Shown: positions 8,360 to 18,822 of the stretch, one piece after another
Numbering within the stretch: position 1 is the first letter of the stretch
Layout of the letters: each line of letters begins with the position of its first letter
Origin: Candidatus Thorarchaeota archaeon
Lineage (GTDB): Archaea; Asgardarchaeota; Thorarchaeia; Thorarchaeales; Thorarchaeaceae
Assembly (NCBI GenBank): GCA_003345595.1
Contig: PRDI01000104.1
Location: 1 to 35,634, forward strand
Direction of reading: 5' to 3'
Length of the DNA stretch: 35,634 nucleotides
The notes under the pieces: model-generated
Database searches by the model: none
What the model saw: only the letters and a program-made list of their open reading frames with translations
Told to the model about the DNA's origin: nothing
Position numbers and translations under genes: made by a program

Positions 8360-9952
8360 GTGTCAGAATCACTGTCTATGGTTGTGCAGAAGCCATCGAG
8401 GGGCTTGAAGCAGACGGTTGAACACTTGCTGGCACGCAATGGCTGGCCTCTGATGTTCGTCACAGGAGTAGCTATCACTCTCCTGTCTGTTGCACACATC
8501 TCGGTGGTGGCCGCTGCCTGGGGCGTGTTCGGCTTTCCCTTTGACGATGCTTGGATACACCTGCAGTACGCCCGCACGATATTCGAGGGTTATCCCTGGG
8601 AGTACGCTCAGGGTATTCCAAGTACTGGAAGCTCAGCACCTCTTTGGTCGGTCCTCCTAGCGCCCATCTTTGTTCTTGGCTGCGCCCGAGACATGGTGAT
8701 AACTTCGGTACTATTCATCAGTGTGCTTCTGTATGCTATCGACACTTTCTTGGTCGGGTATCTAGTCAGAGAACATACAGGTCAATGGCTGGTCGGGGTT
8801 CTAGGACAAGCTGTCTTCGTTCTTGTACCGCGAAACGCAGGCTTGATGCTTTCAGGAATGGAAACTCCACTCGCAATGATGATGCTCCTGCTGACGCTCA
8901 TAATGCTGCCGAGGAAGGACACCAAATATGACCTGCTCCTAGGCTTAGTCGCGGGTCTCGCATACCTGAGTCGTCCAGAATTCGTGCTGATAGCTGCAGT
9001 CTGTCTGCCTCTCCGCGCTATCTGGCTGCTTGCCAAGGACAGGCTGGCCATAGGAAGACTAGTCTCAATAGGCGGCATGTTTGCGATTGCTGCCCTAGTG
9101 GTAGCCCCATGGGTCCTCCACTGCCTCAACACTACAGGACTGCCGCTGCCTGACTCATACTACTCCAAGCTGAGATGGGGGGTTACACAAACCGACATTA
9201 GCTACTGGGATTTCTTCTGGTACCAAGTATGGTTCCCTGCTGAACCCTACTTGGCGCTGGGCTTCGTTGGTGGCATGATACTCCTCCTCAAGCGTCGACC
9301 CTTCGAGCTGGTGATGGGTACCTCTCTGTTCATCCTTTACAGAATGACAATGCCAGGCATGTCATTGCTGTTCGCTGCCAGATACTTGGTGCCGCTCTTC
9401 GACCTTCTTGCCATCTCTTTCGTCGCCGGCGGATTCGTAGCCTTGGAGAAACTACTGAACAGAGTGAAGCTCCCTGGCTTCACTGCCACAGATAGGGCTT
9501 TCGTGGCGAGTATGGTAGTTTTGCTGCTCTTCACTCCATCGCTCAGCTCGTACATACTTCACGTAGACATTCACGCCAATCAGATCATGAACATAAATCA
9601 GATGCAGGTCACGCTGTCAGAATGGGTAAGAGACAACGTTCCTGAGGACGCAGTGATTGCCACATATGACGTGGGCGCACTCGGCTACTTCAGCAGATGC
9701 ACAGTCATCGACGTCTATGGCCTAGTCACCCCTGAAGTACTGCATAACCGCACGACCGTACCGGAACAGGCCCAGTTCCTCAAGGACATCCATTGCGACT
9801 ACATAATGTTCTATGAAGAGTGGTTCTGGTACTTGTGGAACGAGATTTCTCATATCGGAGGCAGTGTTCACAAGGTTGTTTCGGCTCACATAGAACCCAA
9901 TGTTGTATGCGGGACCAGCAACATGGCCGTTTACGCAGTGACCTGGAGTTAG
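8360..9952 (+). CDS. GT-C/ArnT-like membrane glycosyltransferase
   Basis: DDAWIHLQYAR after the first TM, TGSSAPLW, SGMETPL, SRPE, ARY and a soluble C-terminal domain with DVGALGY. Confidence 0.75.
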   Translation: MSESLSMVVQKPSRGLKQTVEHLLARNGWPLMFVTGVAITLLSVAHISVVAAAWGVFGFPFDDAWIHLQYARTIFEGYPWEYAQGIPSTGSSAPLWSVLLAPIFVLGCARDMVITSVLFISVLLYAIDTFLVGYLVREHTGQWLVGVLGQAVFVLVPRNAGLMLSGMETPLAMMMLLLTLIMLPRKDTKYDLLLGLVAGLAYLSRPEFVLIAAVCLPLRAIWLLAKDRLAIGRLVSIGGMFAIAALVVAPWVLHCLNTTGLPLPDSYYSKLRWGVTQTDISYWDFFWYQVWFPAEPYLALGFVGGMILLLKRRPFELVMGTSLFILYRMTMPGMSLLFAARYLVPLFDLLAISFVAGGFVALEKLLNRVKLPGFTATDRAFVASMVVLLLFTPSLSSYILHVDIHANQIMNINQMQVTLSEWVRDNVPEDAVIATYDVGALGYFSRCTVIDVYGLVTPEVLHNRTTVPEQAQFLKDIHCDYIMFYEEWFWYLWNEISHIGGSVHKVVSAHIEPNVVCGTSNMAVYAVTWS

Positions 9953-10204
9953 CTCTGGAATGTCTGATGGATTGAACAATCAATCGGCCGCAGCACGCCC
10001 TGACCTTCGAACGTGGTTGCCCAAGAAGACCGAAACCCGTCCTTGGCGGTTTCTGCCGTCAAATGCAGATGCAACTGTTTTGGCTAGGAAGAGGGCTATG
10101 CACAACAGAACCTTGGGACTGGACTGATTGACGACCTCTGGACTTCGTCGCAATATCAAAAAGCATGAGTTGGAAGCTGCCGTCAGGCCAAGGCGTACAA
10201 TCGG

Positions 10205-11452
10205 GTGTTTGACATGAAGGGTATAATGTACGATCTGAAGGTGTGGAAGGTCATTCTGAAAAAGGCAAATCTGGCTCCCAAATACCTGATGATTAGGTAC
10301 CGAGAGGATTGGCCTGTGCCAAAGATCAAACACCCAAGACAGATCAAGGTCAAGACACGCATCGCTGGCATTTGCACATCCGACATACATCAGATCAACG
10401 TAAACCTGCCCTATTCAGCAAGTATCCTCGCAAGAAAAGAAAACCCATTCCCAATGGGGCACGAGCTTGTGGGAGAGGTAGTGGAAGTCGGGAATCAGGC
10501 GGGCGATTTCAGCATTGGTGACAGAGTTGTGCACTCCCCGCTCGCGGCCTGTGAGTCATATGGCTTTGCTTTGTGCCCAAGCTGCAGGAACGGTAACCAT
10601 GAAACCTGCTATGCTCTTGTCGGGCGCGGCGACGGAACAGACCTCGAAAATCAATACGGTGGCAGAGGAGGCTTCGGCGGTTTCAGCGGAGGGGGCTTCA
10701 GCGAGTACTTCGTTGGATTCTCGAAACAATTCACGAAAGTGCCCTCATCGCTCGCTGACGACGTAGCGGTCTTGTCGGAGCCCTTTGCTGTCAGCCTGCA
10801 TGCGGTCGCGAGAAACCGTCCTAGGGACAGTGACAAGGTCTTGGTGATTGGAGGAGGAATCATCGGGCTCATGACTGTGGCCGCTCTGCGCGCACTCGAT
10901 TCAAAGTGCAGAATCATAACGATAGCGAAGTACGACTTCCAAGCGAAGGCCGCAAAGAGACTGGGCTCAGATGATGTAATCTCCGAACGGTCACACGATC
11001 GCTTCTATGAAACAGTAGCTGAGATCACAGATGGTGTTCTATTCAGACCCAGAATGGGAAAGCGTATCCTATATGGTGATTCTGGTCCAGATGTCGTTTT
11101 CGACGCCGTGGGCATTGACTCGACGTTAGATGATGCTTTACACCTCGTGAGAAGCAACGGCAGGATTGTCATCATAGGGATGGGCTTCGGAAAGACCAAG
11201 GCAACTGACTGGGCCCTGCAGCTGTACAAGCAGCTCTCCATTACTGGGTCAATGATGCATGGCGTCGAAATGATCGATGGAAACAGAATCGACACAATGG
11301 AACTGGCACTGAGAACGTTGGAGGAAACGCCGGACCTATTCGAAAACCTACTTACACACAAGTACAGAATCGAAGACTTCAAAGCCGCGTTCAGGTGCTG
11401 TCAACAGAAGGCAAAGGCCAATGCAATCAAAGTGGCATTCGACTTTTCCTAG
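10205..11452 (+). CDS. Zinc-binding medium-chain alcohol/polyol dehydrogenase
   Basis: GICTSD, GHE, four-Cys structural Zn site, Rossmann GGGIIG; start may be ATG 10214. Confidence 0.92.
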   Translation: MFDMKGIMYDLKVWKVILKKANLAPKYLMIRYREDWPVPKIKHPRQIKVKTRIAGICTSDIHQINVNLPYSASILARKENPFPMGHELVGEVVEVGNQAGDFSIGDRVVHSPLAACESYGFALCPSCRNGNHETCYALVGRGDGTDLENQYGGRGGFGGFSGGGFSEYFVGFSKQFTKVPSSLADDVAVLSEPFAVSLHAVARNRPRDSDKVLVIGGGIIGLMTVAALRALDSKCRIITIAKYDFQAKAAKRLGSDDVISERSHDRFYETVAEITDGVLFRPRMGKRILYGDSGPDVVFDAVGIDSTLDDALHLVRSNGRIVIIGMGFGKTKATDWALQLYKQLSITGSMMHGVEMIDGNRIDTMELALRTLEETPDLFENLLTHKYRIEDFKAAFRCCQQKAKANAIKVAFDFS

Positions 11453-11487
11453 TGCCGCTGCACGAACCTCAGATCAGCTTAGACGCT

Positions 11488-11787
11488 TTAGACCACTCCC
11501 GCGTCCCGATCGAAAGTTGCCTTTAGTCGTCCATGTTCAATCAGGGCCTCAACGATCATGATCGTTGAGGGGTCGGCCAAGCTCGTGAGCTCAGAAAGGC
11601 GATTGATTGTAATGATTGCATACGATGAAACCGCCGCAAGAACGCGCTCAGCTTCTTTCGTTTCCAAGAACCAAGGAAGTCGTTTCCGCCTCATTCTCGG
11701 CAACGATAGACACGCGGCGACCGACAAAACCGCGGCTATGACAGTAAGTAGGTGTACGAGTGAAATCATCGAATGCTCAGAAGCCAC
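11488..11787 (-). CDS. Small protein with N-terminal TM helix and PCI-like winged-helix C-terminus
   Basis: TM LVHLLTVIAAVLSVAACLSL followed by basic RMRRKR; C-terminal ITINRLSELTSL...IVEALIEHGRLKATFDRDAGVV. Confidence 0.6.
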   Translation of the reverse strand: MASEHSMISLVHLLTVIAAVLSVAACLSLPRMRRKRLPWFLETKEAERVLAAVSSYAIITINRLSELTSLADPSTIMIVEALIEHGRLKATFDRDAGVV

Positions 11788-11856
11788 TAAGCCGCCTTTT
11801 GGGTAATCTTTCGGAGCCTACCATCCTTTGTACTCAGCTCCGGCTGATGGCCGACT

Positions 11857-13335
11857 TCATCCTTGCCAACCGTCAGGCTCGGCTCCAGCCTTCCTTGCCT
11901 TTATCCGATCAGAGTGTCTATGCCCTGCTATTCCCGGCCGGGTCATTCTCTCTGGTGACAACGCCTCATCGAGCTCCTCTGCTGTCATGAGACCCTCTTC
12001 GAGTACCAAGTCGCGGACTGACCTGCTTGTTTCCAGCGCCTTCTTTGCAATGCGGCTTGAAGCACTATAGCCGATAATAGGCACCAGAGCCGTGACCAAG
12101 CCCACACTGTCGTAGACTATGTCGAGACCGGACTTGTTGGCCTTGATGCCCTTGACACACTTCTCAGTGAATATCGGAATCGCGTTGCGCAGCAACTTGA
12201 GCGCTTGGAAAAGATTGTAAGCCAGAAGAGGACCATAAGCATTGAGCTCGAGCATGCCTGACTCAGCAGCGTGTGATATTGTGGCATCATGGCCCAGAAC
12301 CTGAAATGCACACTGCATCATCATCTCAACTATGACCGGGTTTATCTTTCCAGGCATGATTGAGGAGCCAGGTTGCATAGCGGGGAGAGTGATCTCATGG
12401 AAACCCCCTATGGGACCCGATGAGAGGAGCAGTAGATCCCCGCATATCTTGCATAGGTTGGTCGCAAGGACTCGAAGGAGACCGGAGGCATGAACGAACT
12501 CATCAGCATTCTGCGTTTCATCGATCAGGTTCTCAGCTGTCTTCAGCCCTGTCTGACCCGTGACTTCCCGCAGATACTGCTCAGAGAGCCTGATGTACTC
12601 AGGGTCAGCATTCAGTCCAGTGCCAATAGCTGTGGCGCCGATATTGTGAGTATCGAGGACCCCGATTGCAAGCCCTATTCTTAGAATGTCCCTTTTGATA
12701 CAAGAGGACCATGCAGAGAACTCTTGTCCTAGCGTGATTGGCACCGCGTCCTGCATCTCAGTCCGACCGAGCTTAAGTAGTCCTTTGTACTCCTCAGCCT
12801 TGTCATCGAGCGCCATGGCAAGGTTCCCAAGGCTTCCTACCAAATCCCTCATGTTGAATATCGCGGCGATCTTGATGGCCGTTGGGTACACGTCGTTGGT
12901 CGATTGACTCATGTTTACATGATCGTTTGCACTTACTGGTGCCAGCGAATTCCGTGAATTGCCCAGAATCTCGTTTGCTCGAGAGGCTATGACTTCGTTC
13001 ACGTTCATATTAGTCGAGGTGCCGGCACCACCTTGAAGCATGTCCACGATGAATTCGTCGCGGAACTTGCCCGCTATGACTTCATCGCAGGCCTGAACAA
13101 TCGCACCACCGTATTCCTTCTTTAGGTCGCCCAGTTTCATGTTGGCTAGAGTGCATGCCTTCTTCACCATCGCCATCGCTGAGATGAGCAATGCGTAGTT
13201 GGAGAGAGGAACAAGAGAAACCGCAAAGTTCTCGTGAGCCCTGAGTGTCTGAACGCCCCAGTACGCTGTTCGCGGTATCCTCTTTGTGCCGAGAAGGTCA
13301 CTCTCTTCCCTATACTCGATTCTCTCGCCAGACAT
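11857..13335 (-). CDS. aspA: Aspartate ammonia-lyase (fumarase/aspartase superfamily)
   Basis: QGGAGTSTNMNVNEV, HVNMSQSTNDVYPT, GRTEMQDA and signature GSSIMPGKINP. Start at ATG 13335 preferred over 13386 because it matches the family N-terminus (YREESDLLG). Confidence 0.93.
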   Translation of the reverse strand: MSGERIEYREESDLLGTKRIPRTAYWGVQTLRAHENFAVSLVPLSNYALLISAMAMVKKACTLANMKLGDLKKEYGGAIVQACDEVIAGKFRDEFIVDMLQGGAGTSTNMNVNEVIASRANEILGNSRNSLAPVSANDHVNMSQSTNDVYPTAIKIAAIFNMRDLVGSLGNLAMALDDKAEEYKGLLKLGRTEMQDAVPITLGQEFSAWSSCIKRDILRIGLAIGVLDTHNIGATAIGTGLNADPEYIRLSEQYLREVTGQTGLKTAENLIDETQNADEFVHASGLLRVLATNLCKICGDLLLLSSGPIGGFHEITLPAMQPGSSIMPGKINPVIVEMMMQCAFQVLGHDATISHAAESGMLELNAYGPLLAYNLFQALKLLRNAIPIFTEKCVKGIKANKSGLDIVYDSVGLVTALVPIIGYSASSRIAKKALETSRSVRDLVLEEGLMTAEELDEALSPERMTRPGIAGHRHSDRIKARKAGAEPDGWQG

Positions 13336-13526
13336 ATTTCGATCAACTCGGTGCAATTGACTCAGTGGTTCGTTGATGCCTTCCATTATGAGCCTATTGC
13401 AGGAGACCTATGCCAGCAGGACAACGCCAATGTCGCCCAACAGAGGAAGCGCGAGAATACTTCCTGCAGGCATCACCGAATGTACTAGAAACAATCAGTA
13501 GAATCGACAAATCGTGTGAGATGCAT

Positions 13527-14996
13527 TCAATGTGGCATAATCCGACTCCTGTAGTCTGCAAGTGTCCATATGTACTCCTCGAGGCGCTCAGACATCACCG
13601 GGTAATGACGTGAAACATCCTCTGTCGTGTTGAGCTCGTACCCCAACTCAGCCAAAGCATTTCTTGCAGTTTCGAATTGGCGGATGTCACACACTGTGCC
13701 GAGCCCGAGTACTGTCAAGACCCTATGACCATAAGCAGTCAGCCATAGCTGCTTCAGATCGACACCATTTTCCGAAAGCGGAATCACGAGCCGATGCATT
13801 TCTTCGTTCCTAAGTCTGATGACCTTGGCGATTCTGGTCGTCAGGCTCCCATACTCCGCCATTCTCCCAACATCTAGTCCGATTGTCGTACCACCAGTGT
13901 CAATCTGTTTGCAGAGAAGGTCTATCACTTGATCACAGGTCCATCGCTCAAGACTAGGCGAGTCTATCCTTTCCAAGATTTTTCTAAGTAGACTGCAGTC
14001 CTCGTCCTCGACATAGCCCGCCCACGCAAGGCCAACTAGTGACAGAGCGCTCTGAAAGAGATGGGCCATCTTCCAAGGAGGCTCATGTTCGCTTAGCAGG
14101 GAACAGGTGAGGGATACTGCTTGTAGGCTGGGGACTCTGACTGGCACGTCGTATGACTCGTCTGCCGCTCCGCGCCAGTGTTCTATCGCGTCAAGTAAGC
14201 CGGTTGCTTTGGATGACTTCATCGTGTTTCGGCTGAGTAAGGTTTCTCTTCTCACACATGACCCGAGTCCAATCCTCTGCAGACCCATGCACGAAGTCAG
14301 AAGGCTCAAATCGATGCTCTCTAGCCTGTTGTCGCTTAGCCAGATTTCCCGAAGAGCTGTGCATGATTTCAGAGGAGCAAGGTCAATGCTTTGAAGCTGA
14401 TTCTCGTGGAGCAGAATCTCCCGCAGACCAGAGCATGAACCTAATGGGCTGAGATTGATGTTCCGCAGTTGGTTTGCATGCAGACTGAGTCGCTGCAGCA
14501 TTATGCATGATTTCAGAGGAGCAAGATCCACATTTCGTAGTTGGTTCATGTGCAAGGAGAGTTCCTTCAAATCAACGCACGAGCTCAGTGCGCTCAGGTC
14601 AATGCTCCGAATTCTGTTGGCATGCAACAAAAGCCGCTGTAGCCGGGCACATCGGCCCAACCCGCTCAGGTCAATACTATCAAGCAGGTTGTTCTCCAAC
14701 GACAATTGCCGCAGCTGCGTACACGAATCCAATGGCTGCAGGTCAACGCTCTGCAGCTTGTTATAGCTCAGGTCGAACTCCTGAAGACGAGTGCAGCGAC
14801 TTAGAGGCACTAGGTCTATGTTCTTCAGTCTATTACGGTATAGTCTGAGTTCTTCCAAATCATAGCACGAACTCACTGGATTCAAATCAATGTGCTCAAT
14901 GTGACGACCCGTGAGGTCAATCGAGGTGGTTTCGCGGGTGAGCTCTGTCTGCTCCTGAGTGCCGTCTTCTTTTGTATACAGGAGAAACACGCTCAT
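13527..14996 (-). CDS. Leucine-rich repeat protein with conserved C-terminal helical domain
   Basis: About 9 repeats of 24 aa (LxxLxLxxNxLxxIDLxPLxxC). GAGGTGA SD precedes ATG 14996. Confidence 0.93.
   Translation of the reverse strand: MSVFLLYTKEDGTQEQTELTRETTSIDLTGRHIEHIDLNPVSSCYDLEELRLYRNRLKNIDLVPLSRCTRLQEFDLSYNKLQSVDLQPLDSCTQLRQLSLENNLLDSIDLSGLGRCARLQRLLLHANRIRSIDLSALSSCVDLKELSLHMNQLRNVDLAPLKSCIMLQRLSLHANQLRNINLSPLGSCSGLREILLHENQLQSIDLAPLKSCTALREIWLSDNRLESIDLSLLTSCMGLQRIGLGSCVRRETLLSRNTMKSSKATGLLDAIEHWRGAADESYDVPVRVPSLQAVSLTCSLLSEHEPPWKMAHLFQSALSLVGLAWAGYVEDEDCSLLRKILERIDSPSLERWTCDQVIDLLCKQIDTGGTTIGLDVGRMAEYGSLTTRIAKVIRLRNEEMHRLVIPLSENGVDLKQLWLTAYGHRVLTVLGLGTVCDIRQFETARNALAELGYELNTTEDVSRHYPVMSERLEEYIWTLADYRSRIMPH
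14240..14915 (-). repeat. 72-nt-period coding tandem repeat (LRR array)
   Basis: 24-aa periodicity; an identical 22-mer TGCATGATTTCAGAGGAGCAAG occurs at 14360-14381 and 14504-14525. Confidence 0.9.
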
Positions 14997-15209
14997 TATC
15001 CACTCACCTCTAGTCATGCTTCAAAGGACGAGGCGTGTCCCATCGGTCGAACAGTCATCTTGCAGAACACACATGAGGACAGCTATTAGCCCTTTTCTCC
15101 ACGCAATAGAGCAACCTACGACCGTCCAAGCGGGCCTTGTGTGCTGAGTTCAGACTAGCTAGCAAGAGCACTCAGTCCTGTGATGGCCAAGATGACTGAA
15201 GTAGACATG

Positions 15210-16868
15210 CTAATAGCCTGATGCCTGACCATCCTTTCGGTAGTCAGACCCCGCCACCCAGATGTCATGCACCCTCAGTATCGCCTGTCCACCGCCAAAC
15301 TTTACTGTGTGCTCAGGAGCTACCTGATGTCCCTTTTTCTGCAATGCGCCCCTGGTCGAAAGCGGCAGCCCCTCTTCAAGCCAGACCATGTTCGTGCGCT
15401 GGTCATGATGGAACCGTGGATGGTCAATCGCCTCTTGCGGTGACATCTTGTGGTCGACAGTGTTGCTGACGAACTGAGCATGCGCTTCGGCTTGGTGATC
15501 ACCGCCCATTATACCGAAGACACCCATGAGTTCGTCGTCTTTGTAAAGAGCTCCAGGTATTATCGTGTGAAACGGCCGCTTTCTTGGTGCGTAGCTGTTC
15601 GGGTGCCCGGGGTCGAGTGAGAACAAGCAACCTCGATTCTGCAGCTTGATGCCGCAGCCTGTTACCACCAATCCACACCCGAAAGACATGTACAAGCTGT
15701 TGATGAAGGAGACTGCTCGACCATCCTCGTCTGCAGTCGCAAGGTACACTGTGTCTGAGGACCTAGCAATGCCTGACGGAGGCACGTCCATAGCCGTGCT
15801 GGGATCAATCAAACTCGACCTCTCCCCGGAATATGCCTTCGACAGTATCCTGTCAATGGGCACCCTATAGAATTCTGGATCACCGTTGTGCGCATATAGG
15901 TCCGCATAGGCAAGCTTCTTCGCCTCAATCATGACGTGAAGCCGCTCCACATCAAAGGACGAAAATGACGGGAGGTCGAATTCCTCCATTATGTTCAGCA
16001 TAAGCTGAGCTGCGAAACCTTGACCGTTCGGAGGGTGTTCCAACACCTGGACCCCGCGGTATGATGTAGCTAATGGTGTCGTCTCCTCCGTCGTATGCCT
16101 TCTCATGTCTTCTGTTGTGATGAAGCCGCCATCCGACTGGACTGTCTCAACTATAGCCTCTGCGACCGCACCACGATAGAAGACGTCAAGCCCCTCCTGC
16201 GAAACCGTTTCAAACACATGAGCTAGGTCGGGATTCCTCATGGTATCGCCCGGCTCAGGTGCGTTTCCGTTCTTTGTGAATACTCTCTGGGCCTCATTCC
16301 CCCTCAGATTCTGTGCAGTCGCTTTCCAGACCTTCGCCACCTTTGGCGACACAGGAAAACCACTCTTCGCGTACTCGATGGCTGGTGCCATAACGTCGCC
16401 GAAGTCAAGCCTGCCATACTGCTTGACAAGCGTGTGCCACAGATGCATCGCCCCGGGAACGGTGACACTGGCCGCATGTCGCTCTGGTATCTCCGCCCAT
16501 CCTCGAGCAATGAGCTCGTCGAGAGTTGCAAGCGACCCGGCTCGGCCGGAGCCGTTAAAGCCCAAGGGGAAGTCATGTCCTGGTAGGTGCAAAAGCACAA
16601 ACGCATCTCCACCACACCCCGTGCTGAATGGCTCCACGACATCAAGTACTGCTGCAGTTGCGACAGCCGCATCAACGGCATTTCCCCCGTTCCTCAGCAC
16701 ACTGACCCCTGCTTGAGTTGCAAGCGGTTGCGAGGATGCAACCATACCCTTTGGAGCGATCACATCGGACCGGCCCGTTATCCACATTCCAGACACCATT
16801 CTTTCAACATCCTTTGCTTGTCGTTTTCGTAAGCTCACGGCTAGGTCCGTCCTCGAGCGATGTATCAA
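15210..16868 (-). CDS. ggt: Gamma-glutamyltransferase family protein (true start may be near 16799)
   Basis: GGNAVDAAVA, VEPFSTGCGGD, SVTVPG, nucleophile region SDTVYL, LQNRG, KRPFHTIIP and SDYRKDG. Confidence 0.95.
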   Translation of the reverse strand: MIHRSRTDLAVSLRKRQAKDVERMVSGMWITGRSDVIAPKGMVASSQPLATQAGVSVLRNGGNAVDAAVATAAVLDVVEPFSTGCGGDAFVLLHLPGHDFPLGFNGSGRAGSLATLDELIARGWAEIPERHAASVTVPGAMHLWHTLVKQYGRLDFGDVMAPAIEYAKSGFPVSPKVAKVWKATAQNLRGNEAQRVFTKNGNAPEPGDTMRNPDLAHVFETVSQEGLDVFYRGAVAEAIVETVQSDGGFITTEDMRRHTTEETTPLATSYRGVQVLEHPPNGQGFAAQLMLNIMEEFDLPSFSSFDVERLHVMIEAKKLAYADLYAHNGDPEFYRVPIDRILSKAYSGERSSLIDPSTAMDVPPSGIARSSDTVYLATADEDGRAVSFINSLYMSFGCGLVVTGCGIKLQNRGCLFSLDPGHPNSYAPRKRPFHTIIPGALYKDDELMGVFGIMGGDHQAEAHAQFVSNTVDHKMSPQEAIDHPRFHHDQRTNMVWLEEGLPLSTRGALQKKGHQVAPEHTVKFGGGQAILRVHDIWVAGSDYRKDGQASGY

Positions 16869-17308
16869 ATGGCCCCGTGGCCATCGGTCCTTTTCGCTTC
16901 CCGTGTCATCTCCTTCAATGCCTTCATAGCTTCGTCCGACCGGTCAGATTGGACGAATACGTGGTCGTGGTGGAATGCTGAAACCACATTCGTGCTTATT
17001 CCAAGTCTTGCAAGTCGCATCGTGACTGCGGCAAGAAAACCCACTGCCTGAAGATCCGAATGCACCTCCAACGTAATCATAGCCCAAGTCTGATTGTAGG
17101 GCAGGCCATTCCTCTCGGCTTCATCACGGCTGATTATCAAGGTCAGCCCCTCCTTCTCGAGGAAGGCCATGACAGGTTGGGCATCATTTGGCTGCTCCCG
17201 ACTTGATGATACAGTGCAAAAGACATACTGACCCTCAATGAGCCTTGGGCTCATGTTCTTCAAAAGGAACGAGAGATCTTTGGCTCCACTATTCATGCCC
17301 ATTGACAT
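16865..17308 (-). CDS. ACT domain-containing protein (DUF2241/ACT_3 plus ACT_7 type)
   Basis: SGAKDLSFLLKNMSPRL, EKEGLTLI, ITLEVHSDLQAVGFLA, NVVSAFHHDHVFV; start uncertain (17296-17308). Confidence 0.88.
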   Translation of the reverse strand: MSMGMNSGAKDLSFLLKNMSPRLIEGQYVFCTVSSSREQPNDAQPVMAFLEKEGLTLIISRDEAERNGLPYNQTWAMITLEVHSDLQAVGFLAAVTMRLARLGISTNVVSAFHHDHVFVQSDRSDEAMKALKEMTREAKRTDGHGAI

Positions 17309-17541
17309 CACGAATTCAGCAACTGATAGAGGCAAATAAAGCAGGCTGTCATGTTCCATAATGCTCTGACGTACCTGAGCTGCTGTGCGTAGCGATAGAG
17401 AAGCTTGTCACCTGCAAGCTCGAAGACCGAGCTTGTCCTCGCAAGTCGATAGAAGTGCCAGATTACCTCATTCGTTCTCCATCGATTAATCAGGCAGGGT
17501 TTTATGCCCCAAGATGGACTCAAGTGCTGAAGAGAACAACG

Positions 17542-18753
17542 ATGCTGGCTGATCAGTCGGACACAAGTGATGCGTGTACCTCCAGCTGGGACTTCGCCGG
17601 TTCTCCCACCCAGTACTCCACGCACGGAATCCACACATACTTAGCCGCGATGATACCTTGGGTTGCGAAACGTGCCATCACGACGGCGAAACCAAGAAAG
17701 CTCCTGGACCCGTTCTGCGGGGGAGGCGCTGTCCTTGTGGAGTCGTTGTTAGCCGGTATCGCATGCGTAGGGCTGGACATCAATCCCCTTGCAGTATTAA
17801 TCTCGAAGGTGAAGACAAAATGCATCAGCTCTCGGAGGTTGATGCATGAACTAGGACTTATAGTAGAGAAAGCCTGTCTATACGATGGGCCCGTCGCCAA
17901 GTTCACGGCCAAGCAGGGCATTGACTACTGGTATAAGGATTACATGCTCGGACCGCTCACAGCACTCCGGCATGCGGTCATGGAGCTTGGCGAAAACCAG
18001 GTCAAGGATTTCTTTCGCTGCATTCTGTCCGCGACCGCTCGTGATGTCAGTCTCACGCATCGTAACGAGATAAGACTAAGGCGGCTTGAGAGTCCTTACT
18101 TGGAGAGCTTCAACCCCGATGTCATTGATGTCTTTCGGAAGAATGCAGTGGAGGCGGCGGAGCGAGTCGCGGCCTTGCCGAAACTGGATGTGGCAGTCCA
18201 TCAGGGATCGGTACTCGGCATGCCGTTTGCTGACGATGAGTTCTCGACTATAGTCTGCTCGCCTCCCTATGGCGATGAGAGGAATGGAGTGCCCTACACC
18301 CAATTCGCCAAGAACATGCTCTTCTGGCTCGGCTACTCGTGGGATGATATCATCGACCAGAAGAGGAAAACACTGGGTTGGATTAATGGAAGAGAGGATT
18401 TCCCCCAACCGGACTCGCAGACCCTAAGGAAGAGCGTACATCTGATTCGGGACCATCTCAAGTCAGTGAAAGAAGTTAACGCATTCTATCATGATTACGA
18501 CAATGCGCTAACTGAAATGGCGCGCGTTACGGACGATAAGATTGTGATCGTCATAGGTCAGCGAGTGATGCAGAACACAGTCTTCGACAACGCCCGGATC
18601 ACAATCGAGCTGATGGCAAGCAAGGGAATCAGGTTAGGCGCGCAGTACAGACGTCACTTACCGACAAAGAGGCTCCCGAGAATGAGGGAGTATGGTGCGG
18701 CTATAGATCATGAGGATATCCTCTTCTTCGACGTCAGGGGAAAGAACATGTGA
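17542..18753 (+). CDS. Orphan site-specific DNA methyltransferase, N4-cytosine type (SPPY)
   Basis: THGIHTY, motif I LLDPFCGGG and motif IV CSPPY. TTTTAT at about 17500 supports ATG 17542 as the start. Confidence 0.85.
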   Translation: MLADQSDTSDACTSSWDFAGSPTQYSTHGIHTYLAAMIPWVAKRAITTAKPRKLLDPFCGGGAVLVESLLAGIACVGLDINPLAVLISKVKTKCISSRRLMHELGLIVEKACLYDGPVAKFTAKQGIDYWYKDYMLGPLTALRHAVMELGENQVKDFFRCILSATARDVSLTHRNEIRLRRLESPYLESFNPDVIDVFRKNAVEAAERVAALPKLDVAVHQGSVLGMPFADDEFSTIVCSPPYGDERNGVPYTQFAKNMLFWLGYSWDDIIDQKRKTLGWINGREDFPQPDSQTLRKSVHLIRDHLKSVKEVNAFYHDYDNALTEMARVTDDKIVIVIGQRVMQNTVFDNARITIELMASKGIRLGAQYRRHLPTKRLPRMREYGAAIDHEDILFFDVRGKNM

Positions 18754-18822
18754 GGATAAGACCCCTGGGAACAGGGCAAGAGTTAAGTTGAAGGTGGGCA
18801 CCTCACCGAGTCCGGCCATTCT

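Noticed and set aside
9980-10390. 136-aa minus-strand ORF
   Set aside because: It overlaps the dehydrogenase start antisense, with no motif or SD.
14240-14915. CRISPR array suggested by the roughly 72-nt periodicity
   Set aside because: The periodicity is the coding LRR repeat; the units are degenerate and in frame.
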